The position numbers were made by a program, and so were the translations under genes. Below, one piece after another: positions 17,602-28,529 of a stretch of DNA of 64,000 nucleotides (position 1 is its first letter; each line of letters opens with the position of its first letter). Source of the stretch: Candidatus Omnitrophota bacterium (GTDB lineage: Bacteria > Omnitrophota > Omnitrophia > Omnitrophales > JACROU01); NCBI GenBank assembly GCA_029261035.1, contig JAJDCD010000008.1, positions 364,480-428,479 of the forward strand. The letters run 5' to 3'. A model generated the notes under the pieces. The model was given only the letters and a program-made list of their open reading frames with translations. It was not told the DNA's origin and searched no databases.

Positions 17602-17790
17602 TTAATGATCTGAGTCGCCATGATCGTGATCACCATGGCCATCAACATCCGCGCTCACAGCGGCGACTTCCCCATGATCTGTTTTGCCTTTATGGGCTGA
17701 GTGATCATGACCAGCTGTAGATAGAAAATAACCATAGAGAAATAGACCCACAGCCATCACGAACGCAATACCTAACGATTTAAAATTCAT
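17602..17790 (-). CDS. small His-rich membrane-anchored metal-binding protein
   Basis: TM helix then HDHSAHKGKTDHGE...HGDHDHGDSDH. Confidence 0.4.
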   Translation of the reverse strand: MNFKSLGIAFVMAVGLFLYGYFLSTAGHDHSAHKGKTDHGEVAAVSADVDGHGDHDHGDSDH

Positions 17791-17804
17791 TTGTGGCCTC
17801 CGAA

Positions 17805-18173
17805 TTAATGATGATCGTGGTCCCCATGATCCCCACTCTTCTCAGCGCTTTCTTTTTTCTCAGACATATGGCCCATATCGTGACCTTCGTGAGCCGATTT
17901 AGCTGAAGCTTCCGCTTCTACGATCTTGATGTACTTCTCTGGGTTCTTCTCAAAGTCCTTCACACACATTTTGCAACATAAGTTGTATTCTTTTCCGTCA
18001 TGTTGCACTTTGAAAGCGTCACCCATAGATCCAATTGATTCTCCACTTACAGGACAAACTTTATTGCCCACATTAACAACGCCTGCATCTGGATTTGCAA
18101 AAGCATGCTGAGACAGTCCTACACAAACAAAGCTCATCATAAGAATCGTCGATAGTATTATTCTTTTTTTCAT
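17805..18173 (-). CDS. periplasmic YHS/TRASH-domain copper-binding protein with His-rich tail
   Basis: Signal peptide; CPVSGE...YNLCCKMC...FEKNPEKY; C-terminal HEGHDMGHM...DHGDHDHH. Confidence 0.6.
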   Translation of the reverse strand: MKKRIILSTILMMSFVCVGLSQHAFANPDAGVVNVGNKVCPVSGESIGSMGDAFKVQHDGKEYNLCCKMCVKDFEKNPEKYIKIVEAEASAKSAHEGHDMGHMSEKKESAEKSGDHGDHDHH

Positions 18174-18211
18174 TTTAATTCTCCTTAAAGTTTATTTTGT
18201 TACACCATTAA

Positions 18212-18532
18212 CTAATGACATTTACAAGGCTCCCCACTGCACTTGCAGTTCTCAGGGCATTCTTGCTCAAGAGCCACTTTAGCTTGCTCCGCAGCTTCAA
18301 TACTCGCCTTTAGAGTGCCTGCTAGAGCACTCAGCCCAACAACCTCACCGCCTAACTCACCGGCTGACGACTGAATTCTCTCAATCAATGCTACTTTGGC
18401 GCACTGATCGCACTTTGGTAGATCATTTAGCGTCGCTTCGAAACTTTCTGAAAGTCTCTCTACTTTCTTCAACGATCCACGAAGTTGTTCAAGCCCTAAT
18501 CGCTTCCAAAGGTTTTCTCCGTCTTCATTCAT
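18212..18532 (-). CDS. hypothetical coiled-coil protein with C-terminal Cys cluster (CPENCKCSGEPCKCH)
   Basis: ORF lying between the YHS gene and cusA. Confidence 0.4.
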   Translation of the reverse strand: MNEDGENLWKRLGLEQLRGSLKKVERLSESFEATLNDLPKCDQCAKVALIERIQSSAGELGGEVVGLSALAGTLKASIEAAEQAKVALEQECPENCKCSGEPCKCH

Positions 18533-18543
18533 AATTACCTCCT

Positions 18544-21500
18544 TTACGCCAAGCTACTTTGATCATCATGCGCTGCAAAACGCTCGTCTTTAATACCATG
18601 TTTGATCTTCCACTCCATCACCGCACAATAAAGAACGGGCACCACAAAAACAGTGACAAGCACAACAGACATTCCTCCAAAAGAAGGGATGGCCATAGGA
18701 ACCATCACATCAGAACCTCTACCAGTAGAAGTCAGAACAGGAATGAGTGCAAGAATGGTCGTCGCCGTTGTCATTAAACATGGGCGAATTCTTCTTTCTG
18801 CTGCAACAAGCGTTGCTTCCCGAGCTTCTTGAATCGATGTAATTTCACGCTTGCTAAAAGTTTGATCAAGATACGTTCCTAAAATCACACCGTTGTCTGT
18901 AGCAATGCCAAAGAGTGCAAGAAAACCGACCCACACGGCAACACTAAGGTTGATAGGATGAATTTGAAAAAGATCACGCATGTAGGTACCAAACAGATAG
19001 AAATCAAAGAACCAAGGTTGCCCGTAAAGCCAAAGCATAAGGAAACCCCCAGCCCATGCGACGAGCACACCAGAGAAGACAAGAAGAGTTGTCATCACTG
19101 ATTTAAATTGAAAGTAGAGAACCAGAAATATCGCAAACAAGGCTAGAGGCAGCACAATTACCATTCTCTTAGAACTTCTTACCTGGTTCTCGTAACTTCC
19201 GGCAAATGTGTAGCTCACCCCGGCAGGCAAATCAAATTCGCCACTCTCAATTTTTGATTTAAGGTAGGCTTGAGACTCTTCTACAACGTCTACTTCTGCT
19301 TTTCCCGGCTTCATGTCAAAAAGAACATAACTCGTTAAAAAGGTATCCTCACTTTTGATCACTTGAGGACCACGCAAATAATCAATCGTTGCAAGCTGTT
19401 TGATGGGAATCTGCGCCCCACTCGGAGATGCTACAAGAATATCTTCAAGGGACTCAATCGTATCTCTGAGTTCCCGCATGTACCGGACCCTGACAGGATA
19501 ACGTTCTCGTCCTTCAACCGTTGTCGTAATTCTTTTGCCGCCAATCGCAATTTCAATCACATCTTGAACATCGCGAATGCGAATGCCATACCGTGCAATC
19601 GCTTCTCTATCAATATCAATCTCAAGATACGGTTTTCCGACAACGCGGTCCGCAAATACGGCGGCGGGTTCTACCGACGGAACTTCTTTTAAAAATTTTT
19701 CAATTTGAAGTCCAACCTTTTCGATCACCTCAAGCGTCGGGCCTTTAACCTTAACACCCATTGGTGCACGCATGCCACTTTGAAGCATGACAATACGAGC
19801 GGCAATTGGCTGTAGTTTTGGTGCCGATGTTGTTCCCAGAATCTCTGTCGCTTTCACAATCTCTTGCCAGATATCATCCGCACTCCGGATGTGATCTCGC
19901 CATTGCCGGTAGGGTCGGCCTCGTTTGGCTTCAATCAGATCGCCCATTTCAGTCCGTACAAATTCTTTTTTACGGCGGTCATATTTAAACCGTTTACGGT
20001 GTCCTTTTTCGTCAAGAATATACTCAGGTTTGTAATTAATCGTTGTTTCAATCATCGATATTGGTGCAGGATCGAGCGGACTCTCCACGCGACCTAGCTT
20101 CCCTACGACAGAATCAATTTCAGGAATTCCTCGAATCGACATATCCTGTTTCTGAAGCACATCAAGTGATTCCCCAATCGAAGCATGCGGCATGGTCGTA
20201 GGCATGAATAAAAATGACCCTTCATCAAGCGCAGGCATAAACTCTTTACCAAGACCGGGAAAGGTTTTTCCAACCCAGGAGACGGGAGGATTACTCCTTA
20301 TAAAATTCGGAATGAGTCCAAAAACCTTGTCAAAGCCCAACCATATCGTGACACCCAAAACAATAACAACGAGCGGTGTGATTAAAAACTTTCTTTTGTT
20401 CCGAAGGCACCATCTGAGCATTGGCGTGTAATAGCTCTGAAAGAGATGAAAGAACCAAAGAAGACCACCGATCAGTAAAGCGACAAATGAAAAGTTCAGA
20501 ATCATTCCTTTGTCTGGACCTAAAGGCAACCACTGTCGAGTCAGCGCCAAAGACACCGCAAGAACCGCTAACCAATTGAGCACCGTAGGAACTTTAGGCT
20601 TCCACTTTTCAGGTAAACGGTGTTCAAATGCACGAAGTGATCCAAAAACTATGATGACAAAGCCAACCCAAGCAGAAAACTTGAGCAGTAAAAAGAGACC
20701 TAAAGCAATGACGACAAAACCCATAAGCTGCTTCATTTTCACATTCGTTTTTCGCTTCTTAAACAACCAGTGAGCAGCAGGTGGAATAATCGTAAGCGCA
20801 ACGATCACCGAGGCAATCAATGCAAAGCTCTTCGTGAAAGCTAGGGGTCTAAACAGCTTTCCTTCTGCGGCTTGCATCGTAAAGACAGGAAGAAAACTAA
20901 TCACAGTAGTAGCGACTGCCGTAATCACAGCGCTCCCGACTTCGGTGGACGCACGAAAGATAACCTCCATCCGGTCTTCCTCAGGCTTCGCTTTTTCTAG
21001 ATGCTTGAGAATGTTTTCTGTGATTACAATACCCATATCAACCATCGTGCCAATCGCAATTGCAATTCCCGATAGCGCAACAATGTTGGCATCTATACCG
21101 AAAAGCTTCATACCAATAAAGCACATCAAAACAGCGAGGGGCAGAAGCCCTGAAATTAAAAGCGAACTCGCAAGATGCATCACTGAAACAATCACCACAA
21201 TAATCGTCACAAGGATTTCTTGTTCTAAAGCATCATTAAGCGTTCCTAAGGTTTCATGGATAAGACCGCTCCTGTCATAAAAAGGAACGACTGTAACTTG
21301 ACTGAGAGTCCCATCTTCAAGCGTTTTCTTGGGAAGGCCGTCTTTAATTTCTTCGATTTTGGCTTTTACGTTCTTAATGGTTTCCAGTGGATTCTCACCA
21401 TATCTGACGACAGCAACACCCCCGACCACTTCGCTTCCTTCTTTGTCGAGCGCTCCTCGACGAAGCGCCGGCCCCAAACTGACATTTGCCACGTCTTTGA

Positions 21501-22374
21501 TAAAAATAGGCGTGTTGTTGTAGGTTTTAATCACGCTCATTTCGAGATCTTCTAATTTCTCAATAAATCCAAGACCGCGGATCATATACTCAACACGATT
21601 GACTTCTATCGTTCGTGCGCCAACATCAATGTTAGCCATCTTCACCGCATGAAAGACTTCTTGAAGTGAAACCCCATAAGCACGCATGGAATCCGGGTCA
21701 ACATCGACTTGATACTCTTGAACAAATCCACCAATCGAAGCAACTTCACTCACACCTTTTGCTGAAAGAAGGGCATAACGGACATACCAATCCTGAATGG
21801 TTCTGAGTTCATGAGGGTCCCAACCCCCTGTCGGATTACCCTTTTTGTCCCGGCCTTCAAGCGTATACCAGAATATCTGTCCAAGAGCGGTCGCATCAGG
21901 GCCTAAGGCTGGTGAGACTCCTTCAGGGAGAGTTCCGGACGGAAGACTACTTAATTTTTCTAAAACGCGAGACCTTGACCAATAAAAATCAACCCCCTCT
22001 TCAAAAATAATATAGATGGATGAAAACCCAAAAAAACTATAACTACGAACCGTTCTTACACCGGGAACACCCAAAAGCGAAACTGTTAACGGATAAGAAA
22101 TTTGATCTTCAACATCCTGGGGCGACCGCCCCATCCACTCGGTAAAGACAATCTGCTGGTTCTCACCAATGTCAGGAATAGCATCAGTCGGTACGGGATC
22201 ACGCGGAAGCCCTCCCATGTTCCAATCAAAAGGCGCAACCAAAGCACCCCAAGTAATCATAAAAACAACAAAAAGAGCTACAACCAATTTGTTTTGTAAA
22301 CAAAACCGAATGGTTGCAGCAATAGGACCTCGGGATTCTTTATCTGACTTAGTGGACATGTTCAGCGCCTCCAC
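18544..22374 (-). CDS. cusA: heavy-metal efflux RND pump, CusA/CzcA family, unusually long (1276 aa) with a central insertion
   Basis: N-terminal IRFCLQNKLVV. Conserved RND TM blocks. ~230 extra residues, including extra TM helices, between the two halves. Confidence 0.85.
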   Translation of the reverse strand: MEALNMSTKSDKESRGPIAATIRFCLQNKLVVALFVVFMITWGALVAPFDWNMGGLPRDPVPTDAIPDIGENQQIVFTEWMGRSPQDVEDQISYPLTVSLLGVPGVRTVRSYSFFGFSSIYIIFEEGVDFYWSRSRVLEKLSSLPSGTLPEGVSPALGPDATALGQIFWYTLEGRDKKGNPTGGWDPHELRTIQDWYVRYALLSAKGVSEVASIGGFVQEYQVDVDPDSMRAYGVSLQEVFHAVKMANIDVGARTIEVNRVEYMIRGLGFIEKLEDLEMSVIKTYNNTPIFIKDVANVSLGPALRRGALDKEGSEVVGGVAVVRYGENPLETIKNVKAKIEEIKDGLPKKTLEDGTLSQVTVVPFYDRSGLIHETLGTLNDALEQEILVTIIVVIVSVMHLASSLLISGLLPLAVLMCFIGMKLFGIDANIVALSGIAIAIGTMVDMGIVITENILKHLEKAKPEEDRMEVIFRASTEVGSAVITAVATTVISFLPVFTMQAAEGKLFRPLAFTKSFALIASVIVALTIIPPAAHWLFKKRKTNVKMKQLMGFVVIALGLFLLLKFSAWVGFVIIVFGSLRAFEHRLPEKWKPKVPTVLNWLAVLAVSLALTRQWLPLGPDKGMILNFSFVALLIGGLLWFFHLFQSYYTPMLRWCLRNKRKFLITPLVVIVLGVTIWLGFDKVFGLIPNFIRSNPPVSWVGKTFPGLGKEFMPALDEGSFLFMPTTMPHASIGESLDVLQKQDMSIRGIPEIDSVVGKLGRVESPLDPAPISMIETTINYKPEYILDEKGHRKRFKYDRRKKEFVRTEMGDLIEAKRGRPYRQWRDHIRSADDIWQEIVKATEILGTTSAPKLQPIAARIVMLQSGMRAPMGVKVKGPTLEVIEKVGLQIEKFLKEVPSVEPAAVFADRVVGKPYLEIDIDREAIARYGIRIRDVQDVIEIAIGGKRITTTVEGRERYPVRVRYMRELRDTIESLEDILVASPSGAQIPIKQLATIDYLRGPQVIKSEDTFLTSYVLFDMKPGKAEVDVVEESQAYLKSKIESGEFDLPAGVSYTFAGSYENQVRSSKRMVIVLPLALFAIFLVLYFQFKSVMTTLLVFSGVLVAWAGGFLMLWLYGQPWFFDFYLFGTYMRDLFQIHPINLSVAVWVGFLALFGIATDNGVILGTYLDQTFSKREITSIQEAREATLVAAERRIRPCLMTTATTILALIPVLTSTGRGSDVMVPMAIPSFGGMSVVLVTVFVVPVLYCAVMEWKIKHGIKDERFAAHDDQSSLA

Positions 22375-24508
22375 TTATTTCTTCTTTCATACTGGCATCA
22401 CTCGTCATGCCATCTTGTGACAAAAATTTATCCTGGATGGTTCCACAATCCTGCATACGTTTTCCAAAGAAAGGATTCATAATACCTTCCACAGATTGAA
22501 GCCATACTGCCCCTTTACCATCCAATGCCATTGGGCAGAATGCTTTGTAATATTCTCCTGCACCCGCATGCCCATATGTCTTTTCTAAAAGAATAAATTC
22601 ATTGCTTAAATCCTCTAAAACACCTTTTCTGAAATCCTCAATCGTTTTCGAGTCAAGGCCCAGAACAGTGCTGTTCTCAATTCTCCCGGCAAGATCCATC
22701 CAAGTCCCGTGCAGCTTATCTTTAAGCAAATCCATGTTCACACTGCCCAACGCTTGCTTAATCAGCAGAATGGATGCTTTAGCTTTCTCAAAATCATCTG
22801 TTGCAAGCGCATCTTGAAGTGCGAAGTGAGCGTCATAAAGAGGACTCAATTGCGCAAGAAATTCCTTCGGTGTCATCACATGTGTCATGGGAACTTCTTT
22901 TTCCTTACTTTTCTTTGAGTCGCCCCCACCCATTTTTGACATATCATGTCCACCGCCACCGACTCCACCGTCGGGGTTCATCATGCTCGGCTTCGCTTGT
23001 ATTTGAAGAGCACTGTCAATTTTGAAATTACCATTCACGACAACTCGCTCGCCCACTGCCAAACCTGATTTCACAAGATAATGATCTCCAGCTCGTGGCC
23101 CCAAGACAATTTCTCGCCCTTCAAAAGTCGGTTTGGACGCATTCGGTTTGTGAACGTATACGACAGCCCGCTTTCCAGTTTTAAGAACTGCTGATGTTGG
23201 TACAACAAGAGGGGCTTCACTTTCATCTATGGTGACATATCCCATTTTTTCCGCGGTCACAAGTGGCATGCCACAAATTGGACAAGGGCCTGGCTCGTCA
23301 CGAACAATTTCAGGATGCATCGGTCCAATCCATTTTCCTGCCAAATCTGGAGCCATCACACGTCCCATTCCAGCAACTTGAGCTCGAACAATTCCACGGA
23401 CAAACATACCGGGTTTAAGCCGACCGTCTTTATTCTTAACATTAACACGCACTTTTACAGTACGCGTTGTTTGATCAAGAATAGGATCAATGAATGAAAT
23501 TCTTCCGTGAAACTTTTCTCCGGCGTAAGCCTCTGCTTCAAACTCCACGTCTTGCCCGTACCTGAGCCATTCCAAATCTTTTTCGTATGCATCTAGTTTG
23601 ATCCAAACTTCACTTAAATCGACAATAGAGTAAATTTTGGTTCCTGTTTGAACATAAGTACCTTCTTGAACTTCGCGACTAACGACAATTCCAGTCGCCG
23701 AGGCATAAATCGTCATGTGATCCTTGGCAACCTTTGTCTCTTCAAGTTCTTTAATCTGTTCATCCGTAACTCCGAGAAGTTTTAACTTCTCCCTTGCATT
23801 AATGATCGTATCCTCAGAAGTTGATTTAATAATATCAAGGTGGCTTTCCTTGACATTTTTGGCCCCTTGAATGGACTGCAAGTATTCTTCTTGTGCCGCT
23901 AAAAGTTCAGGGCTGTAGAGATACGCTAAATGGTCGCCCTTATTCACAGGCACACCTGTTTGATCAATATAGAGCCTGTCTATTCGTCCACCTGTCCACG
24001 CCGTGATATAAGCAATTTTTGTCTCGTCATATTCAACTTTTCCTACCATTCGGATATCCGTTGAAACCAACTTCCTCTCAACTTCAGCTGTTTCAATCTC
24101 TGCTAACTTCGCAGCTTCAGGCGAAATCACTAAACGCCTTGCGGACGGCATACCTTCACCGGCATCAGTCTTTAGCGGAATCAAATCCATGCCACAAATA
24201 GGACACTGACCTGGCGTTGGTAATTGAATTTGTGGATGCATTGCACAAGACCATACGGATGACTCCTCACCTGCTCCATGAAGATGCTCGGATGATCCAT
24301 TCGAGGCAACTCTTGGTCCACGGATCATACTTGAAATCGTCCATCCCACCGCAAGAGCCACCACGATCAGAATAATAACCGCACGCCGATGGTTCTTAGA
24401 GCCAACCAATTCCTTGACCTGACCCTTGGTCTGCTTAAATCCTTTCGATAAAGTTTCCATTTTGTTTTCTCGTTTATTATCCATCGTTTTCTCCTCGCAG
24501 TGATTCAC
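22349..24508 (-). CDS. cusB: RND periplasmic adaptor (CusB-like) with two CPxCGM metal-binding domains and a C-terminal helical domain
   Basis: CAMHPQI...CPICGMDL and GPMHPEI...CPICGMPL; HlyD-like beta-barrel region; 719 aa. Confidence 0.8.
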   Translation of the reverse strand: MNHCEEKTMDNKRENKMETLSKGFKQTKGQVKELVGSKNHRRAVIILIVVALAVGWTISSMIRGPRVASNGSSEHLHGAGEESSVWSCAMHPQIQLPTPGQCPICGMDLIPLKTDAGEGMPSARRLVISPEAAKLAEIETAEVERKLVSTDIRMVGKVEYDETKIAYITAWTGGRIDRLYIDQTGVPVNKGDHLAYLYSPELLAAQEEYLQSIQGAKNVKESHLDIIKSTSEDTIINAREKLKLLGVTDEQIKELEETKVAKDHMTIYASATGIVVSREVQEGTYVQTGTKIYSIVDLSEVWIKLDAYEKDLEWLRYGQDVEFEAEAYAGEKFHGRISFIDPILDQTTRTVKVRVNVKNKDGRLKPGMFVRGIVRAQVAGMGRVMAPDLAGKWIGPMHPEIVRDEPGPCPICGMPLVTAEKMGYVTIDESEAPLVVPTSAVLKTGKRAVVYVHKPNASKPTFEGREIVLGPRAGDHYLVKSGLAVGERVVVNGNFKIDSALQIQAKPSMMNPDGGVGGGGHDMSKMGGGDSKKSKEKEVPMTHVMTPKEFLAQLSPLYDAHFALQDALATDDFEKAKASILLIKQALGSVNMDLLKDKLHGTWMDLAGRIENSTVLGLDSKTIEDFRKGVLEDLSNEFILLEKTYGHAGAGEYYKAFCPMALDGKGAVWLQSVEGIMNPFFGKRMQDCGTIQDKFLSQDGMTSDASMKEEISGGAEHVH

Positions 24509-25853
24509 CGACCATCATTTCAAGCTCTGCTAAGCGTTGTTCGTAGTCACGAATAGCCTTGTAATAGGACAGTTGAAAATTAAGCAGCGTCCTTTCACTA
24601 TCAATTAGATTTAAGAAATCAACTTTTCCACCTGAGTAAGCTTTTTCAGAAGCTTTCAAGGATTGTTCGGCTTTTGGAACAAGGGCATCGCGGTAAAGTT
24701 TAATCTGCCTCTCTGCATCTTGAATCTTGAAATAAATCATTTTTATCTTGGCAGATAAATCGTTCTCAAGTTGGTCATGCTGAGCCACGGCTGATTCTCT
24801 TAAAGCCTTGGCCTCATCAACTTGACTCTTTTGCTTGCCATACCAAAGCGGAACATTCACTTTAAACATTAAGGCGCTGGCATCTTGCCCATTATCGCTA
24901 ACATTAAGCGGCCCTTTATCCACATTGATATAATCAAAGGCAACGGTGGTGTCTGGAAGATAGTCAAGACGAGCTAGCCACACTTTCTTTTTGGTTTCTT
25001 CAATACGTTGAGTCGCCTTTTCTAGATCTGGATTATTTTCGTAAAACTTTTCAAAAACAGATTCTTCTACCAGAGCTTTCACTTCATGATCAATTTCCTC
25101 AGGCCAGCCAATCGACATGTTGACATCACGATTTAAAACAGCGTTCAAACGAGCCATGATGGGTCTTCGATAATCATTGAGCGTTAAAAGATCATTCTCA
25201 AGTTTTCCAAGTTCAACCTGCGCCTTTAAAAGGTCTTGGTTACTCGCCATGCTCGATTTAAACTTTGATTGGGCAACGCCTTCAAAATGCTCCAATAGCT
25301 CCATATTCTTTTCTGTCACAAGGATGTTTTTATATAAAAACCAAAATTCAAAATAGGCGTCTTTTAACTCATAAAAATACTGAAGCTTCGCTTTTTGATA
25401 GCTCGCATACTTTTGTCTAGAAACAGCGGTGGAAGCCTTGCCTTGTGTATACAATTTCCCCGGGAAAGGAACTTTCTGACTAATCGAGAACATTTCTTTC
25501 TGAGGCCCAACGCGAGTTTCAACCTCATCAATAAAGAATTTAAATGAAAACTGTGGATCATCCCAGCTTGTGGACTGCTTAATATCGTGAACAGACGCTT
25601 TCCAATGATAAAAAGCACCTCTTAACGCTGCGTTCTGAAGGGCTCCATAGCGAAGAGCCTCGTTTAAGCTGATAGCCTCGCTAAGCTCATCAGTAATCGT
25701 TTCTTTGTAGGCCCTGTGCGTCGCCTTGAGCTCTTTTTTTTCTTCTCTAGAAACACCGGCTGTTACTGGTGAACTTGAAAAGAGTATCATCGCCATGCTA
25801 AGCAACCCTAAAATTGTTCCTGCTTGATATTTGTTTGTCACATTCTCCTCCAA
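24477..25853 (-). CDS. cusC: TolC-family outer-membrane efflux protein
   Basis: Signal peptide; duplicated TolC repeats; overlaps cusB. Confidence 0.8.
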   Translation of the reverse strand: MEENVTNKYQAGTILGLLSMAMILFSSSPVTAGVSREEKKELKATHRAYKETITDELSEAISLNEALRYGALQNAALRGAFYHWKASVHDIKQSTSWDDPQFSFKFFIDEVETRVGPQKEMFSISQKVPFPGKLYTQGKASTAVSRQKYASYQKAKLQYFYELKDAYFEFWFLYKNILVTEKNMELLEHFEGVAQSKFKSSMASNQDLLKAQVELGKLENDLLTLNDYRRPIMARLNAVLNRDVNMSIGWPEEIDHEVKALVEESVFEKFYENNPDLEKATQRIEETKKKVWLARLDYLPDTTVAFDYINVDKGPLNVSDNGQDASALMFKVNVPLWYGKQKSQVDEAKALRESAVAQHDQLENDLSAKIKMIYFKIQDAERQIKLYRDALVPKAEQSLKASEKAYSGGKVDFLNLIDSERTLLNFQLSYYKAIRDYEQRLAELEMMVGESLRGENDG

Positions 25854-25921
25854 TAAAATTAATGCAAATCCAAATAGACCCGTTTTGTGTGGGACTATTC
25901 ATTTCATTTAAGTTTAATTTT

Positions 25922-26347
25922 CTAGATTAAAAAGGACTGAACGGCGAGATAAATCGGTGTACCGTAAATGGACACACTCTGGGCGTGAACGTCTTGAAAA
26001 CTCGAACTTACTACTGAAGATTTGGTAATTGAAACAACTCCGGTAGCGCCTGATGTAAAAACATCAAGACCTAAATCTGAGAGTTTATTTTGGGAAGGAC
26101 CCGTCAGCATAACACTGGGTGGGATAGGTGCTTTACTTTCTAATTCGCACCCGGTACAACAAACATCATCTGCTTTTTTACTTTGGGATTCTTCCGAGCC
26201 ATGGCAATCCATACCTTCAGAAGTATTGGTAGCTTTATGAACTGTGGTTTCTATCTGGCTTGCAAACGCACACCCACAGTCAAGGGCACCTACCGCTACC
26301 CAAGCGAACATAAAGATTAGAATTGAGCTAAGAATTTTATTTTTCAT
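25922..26347 (-). CDS. small secreted Cys-rich protein (CzcI-like candidate)
   Basis: Signal peptide; DCGC...DCHGS...DDVCCTGC; lies immediately upstream of cusC. Confidence 0.4.
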   Translation of the reverse strand: MKNKILSSILIFMFAWVAVGALDCGCAFASQIETTVHKATNTSEGMDCHGSEESQSKKADDVCCTGCELESKAPIPPSVMLTGPSQNKLSDLGLDVFTSGATGVVSITKSSVVSSSFQDVHAQSVSIYGTPIYLAVQSFLI

Positions 26348-26625
26348 CGTCGGAATTTGTCCAATAAATCAAAAAGCTCGTTTAACTTCTCTTCCTTTTG
26401 CTTCTTAGATTTTCCCTCAAACGCTGTCTGTGCGCAAGTATTTAAATGATCTTTAAGAATATTCGCTTCAACTCTCTTAAGGGCGCCTATAATTGCACTT
26501 GTAGCATTTAGAATATCGACACAATAGCGTTCAGCCTCAATCATCTTCTGAACGCCTCGGACTTGGCCCTCGATACGCCTAAGAGACGTTAACTTATTCT
26601 TATGACATGTCCCTTTTTTCTTCAT
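26344..26625 (-). CDS. csoR: CsoR/RcnR-family metal-sensing transcriptional repressor
   Basis: LRRIEGQVRGVQKMIE..RYCVDIL...H..C pattern. Start set at MKKKG. Confidence 0.65.
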   Translation of the reverse strand: MKKKGTCHKNKLTSLRRIEGQVRGVQKMIEAERYCVDILNATSAIIGALKRVEANILKDHLNTCAQTAFEGKSKKQKEEKLNELFDLLDKFRR

Positions 26626-26698
26626 GCTAGAAGCATACCATACCCCCAATGGGTATGTCAAATCCATTCAAAAACAGAGGGATTGAAGCCAATCCTGC

Positions 26699-27118
26699 CT
26701 AATCTATTCCTTTTTTGCCTGCCGCCTTGAATTTGGTGTGAATCATATCACGGACTTTGCGAAACTCATTGATAACGTTCTCTGTAATTTCTTGGTCATG
26801 AGGTGGGTCAGGGAAACTCCAGTGGAGCTTTTTAGCTACCTTTAAGTAAACAGGGCATGATTCCTTAGCATTGTCACAAACGGTGATGACATAATCAAAA
26901 GCAATATCCTTAAACTCATCCAGATGTTGTGACTCATGACCAGAAATATCAATCCCAATTTCAGCCATAACTTTTATGGCGGTATCATTTACTTTTGAGG
27001 GCTTAGTCCCAGCACTGTAAACTTCGTATTTATCCGCCCCATAATGACGCAAGACTCCCTCAGCCATCTGAGAGCGGCAAGAGTTACCCGTGCATAAAAT
27101 TAAGACTTTTTCTTTCAC
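26699..27118 (-). CDS. arsC: arsenate reductase (LMW-PTP family, thioredoxin-coupled)
   Basis: VLILCTGNSCRSQMAEG P-loop. Confidence 0.85.
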   Translation of the reverse strand: MKEKVLILCTGNSCRSQMAEGVLRHYGADKYEVYSAGTKPSKVNDTAIKVMAEIGIDISGHESQHLDEFKDIAFDYVITVCDNAKESCPVYLKVAKKLHWSFPDPPHDQEITENVINEFRKVRDMIHTKFKAAGKKGID

Positions 27119-27130
27119 AACACACCTTCC

Positions 27131-27340
27131 TCACATTAACTTATTGACTAAAAGCAGGACTGCTCCCCAAATCGCCAGGTTTACTAAAAATATAATAATC
27201 CTTGCTCTTCTAATTGACTCTTTATCTGATGAAATTCCATTTTTAATAAAATAGGCATCTTTATTAAAACACGCTATTAGGGTGCCAAGCCCAAGAAAAG
27301 CAAAGCACATTGTTTGAATAATTACCTTAAAAGATTCCAT
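27131..27340 (-). CDS. small 2-TM membrane protein
   Basis: ORF between acr3 and arsC. Confidence 0.3.
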   Translation of the reverse strand: MESFKVIIQTMCFAFLGLGTLIACFNKDAYFIKNGISSDKESIRRARIIIFLVNLAIWGAVLLLVNKLM

Positions 27341-27346
27341 ACCTTA

Positions 27347-28519
27347 TCAATCAAACCAATTTCTTGTTTTTTGACAAATTCTAACCAGCATAAGCATGAC
27401 TGGAACTTCAATTAGCACTCCCACCACCGTAGCTAATGCTGCCCCAGACGACAACCCAAAAAGCATTGTTGCTGTCGCAATGGCTACCTCAAAATGGTTA
27501 CTTGCTCCTATCATCGCTGAGGGTGCTGCATCTTCGTATTTAAGCCGCATTTTCTTTGCCACCCAGTAGGTAATCGCAAAGATAAGACAAGTTTGCACAA
27601 AAAGGGGTATGGCAATCCATAAAATCATGAGGGGCTGAGAGAGAATCACTTCCCCTTTAAAAGAAAAGAGAAGCACTAAGGTTAAAAGCAATGCCGTGAT
27701 GGAAACTGGCGTAAGCACATGGAGAAATTTCTCATTAAACCAATCAAGCCCCTTATGACCCAGAATCCACATTCTTGAAAAGTATCCTGCCACAAGAGGC
27801 AATGCGACATAAATAGCAATCGACAATAAAAGGGCTTCCCATGGGACAGGCATCTGCCCTACACCAAGCAAGAAGCCACCTAAGACACCATATAAAAGCA
27901 ACATAGTTAAGGAATTAATAGCAACCATGACCAAAGTATGGCCATCATTCCCCTTCGCAAGAAAACCCCACACAAGCACCATTGCTGTGCAGGGTGCAAT
28001 ACCCAACAAAATACAGCCCGCAAAAAAGCTCCTCCATAGCGGCACCTGCAACATCTTGACACCTTCGTTCATAACAACTGTACCTGCACCATGTATTGAG
28101 CCAATAGCCCAGTCTGCCCCAGGCGGTAGTTTGACAAAATCCACGGCTTCACTGCCGATAAACCCTTTGAATAAAACCCCTAAACATAGAAAAGCTATGC
28201 CATACATCGTAAACGGCTTGATTGCCCAATTCACAAATAGCGTTAACCCAACTGGCTTTGGAGATTTACCGGCTTTAACAACAGAAGCAAAATCGATTTT
28301 TACCATAATGGGATACATCATAAAGAATAAGCAAATTGCAATAGGGATGGAAACCACGGGAGCATCATTGACGTAAATGGAAAACCCATCCAGCGTCTTG
28401 GCTAAACCAGGTGCGAGCTTACCTATAAAAATACCTGCTGCGATGCAAACCAATACCCATAGAGTTAAATACTTCTCAAAAACCGACATGCTTCTATCTA
28501 TCGTTTCACTCATTGACAT
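27347..28519 (-). CDS. acr3: ACR3-family arsenite efflux permease
   Basis: [21 protein letters not shown]-terminal block, 10 TM segments. Confidence 0.8.
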   Translation of the reverse strand: MSMSETIDRSMSVFEKYLTLWVLVCIAAGIFIGKLAPGLAKTLDGFSIYVNDAPVVSIPIAICLFFMMYPIMVKIDFASVVKAGKSPKPVGLTLFVNWAIKPFTMYGIAFLCLGVLFKGFIGSEAVDFVKLPPGADWAIGSIHGAGTVVMNEGVKMLQVPLWRSFFAGCILLGIAPCTAMVLVWGFLAKGNDGHTLVMVAINSLTMLLLYGVLGGFLLGVGQMPVPWEALLLSIAIYVALPLVAGYFSRMWILGHKGLDWFNEKFLHVLTPVSITALLLTLVLLFSFKGEVILSQPLMILWIAIPLFVQTCLIFAITYWVAKKMRLKYEDAAPSAMIGASNHFEVAIATATMLFGLSSGAALATVVGVLIEVPVMLMLVRICQKTRNWFD

Positions 28520-28529
28520 ATCCTTTTAA

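Noticed and set aside
18559-22420. Numerous plus-strand ORFs (60-160 aa) nested inside cusA/cusB, and likewise inside copA, czcA, acr3, the WD40 gene and others
   Set aside because: These are antisense shadow ORFs of long, well-supported minus-strand genes. They lack SD sites and show skewed, low-complexity composition.
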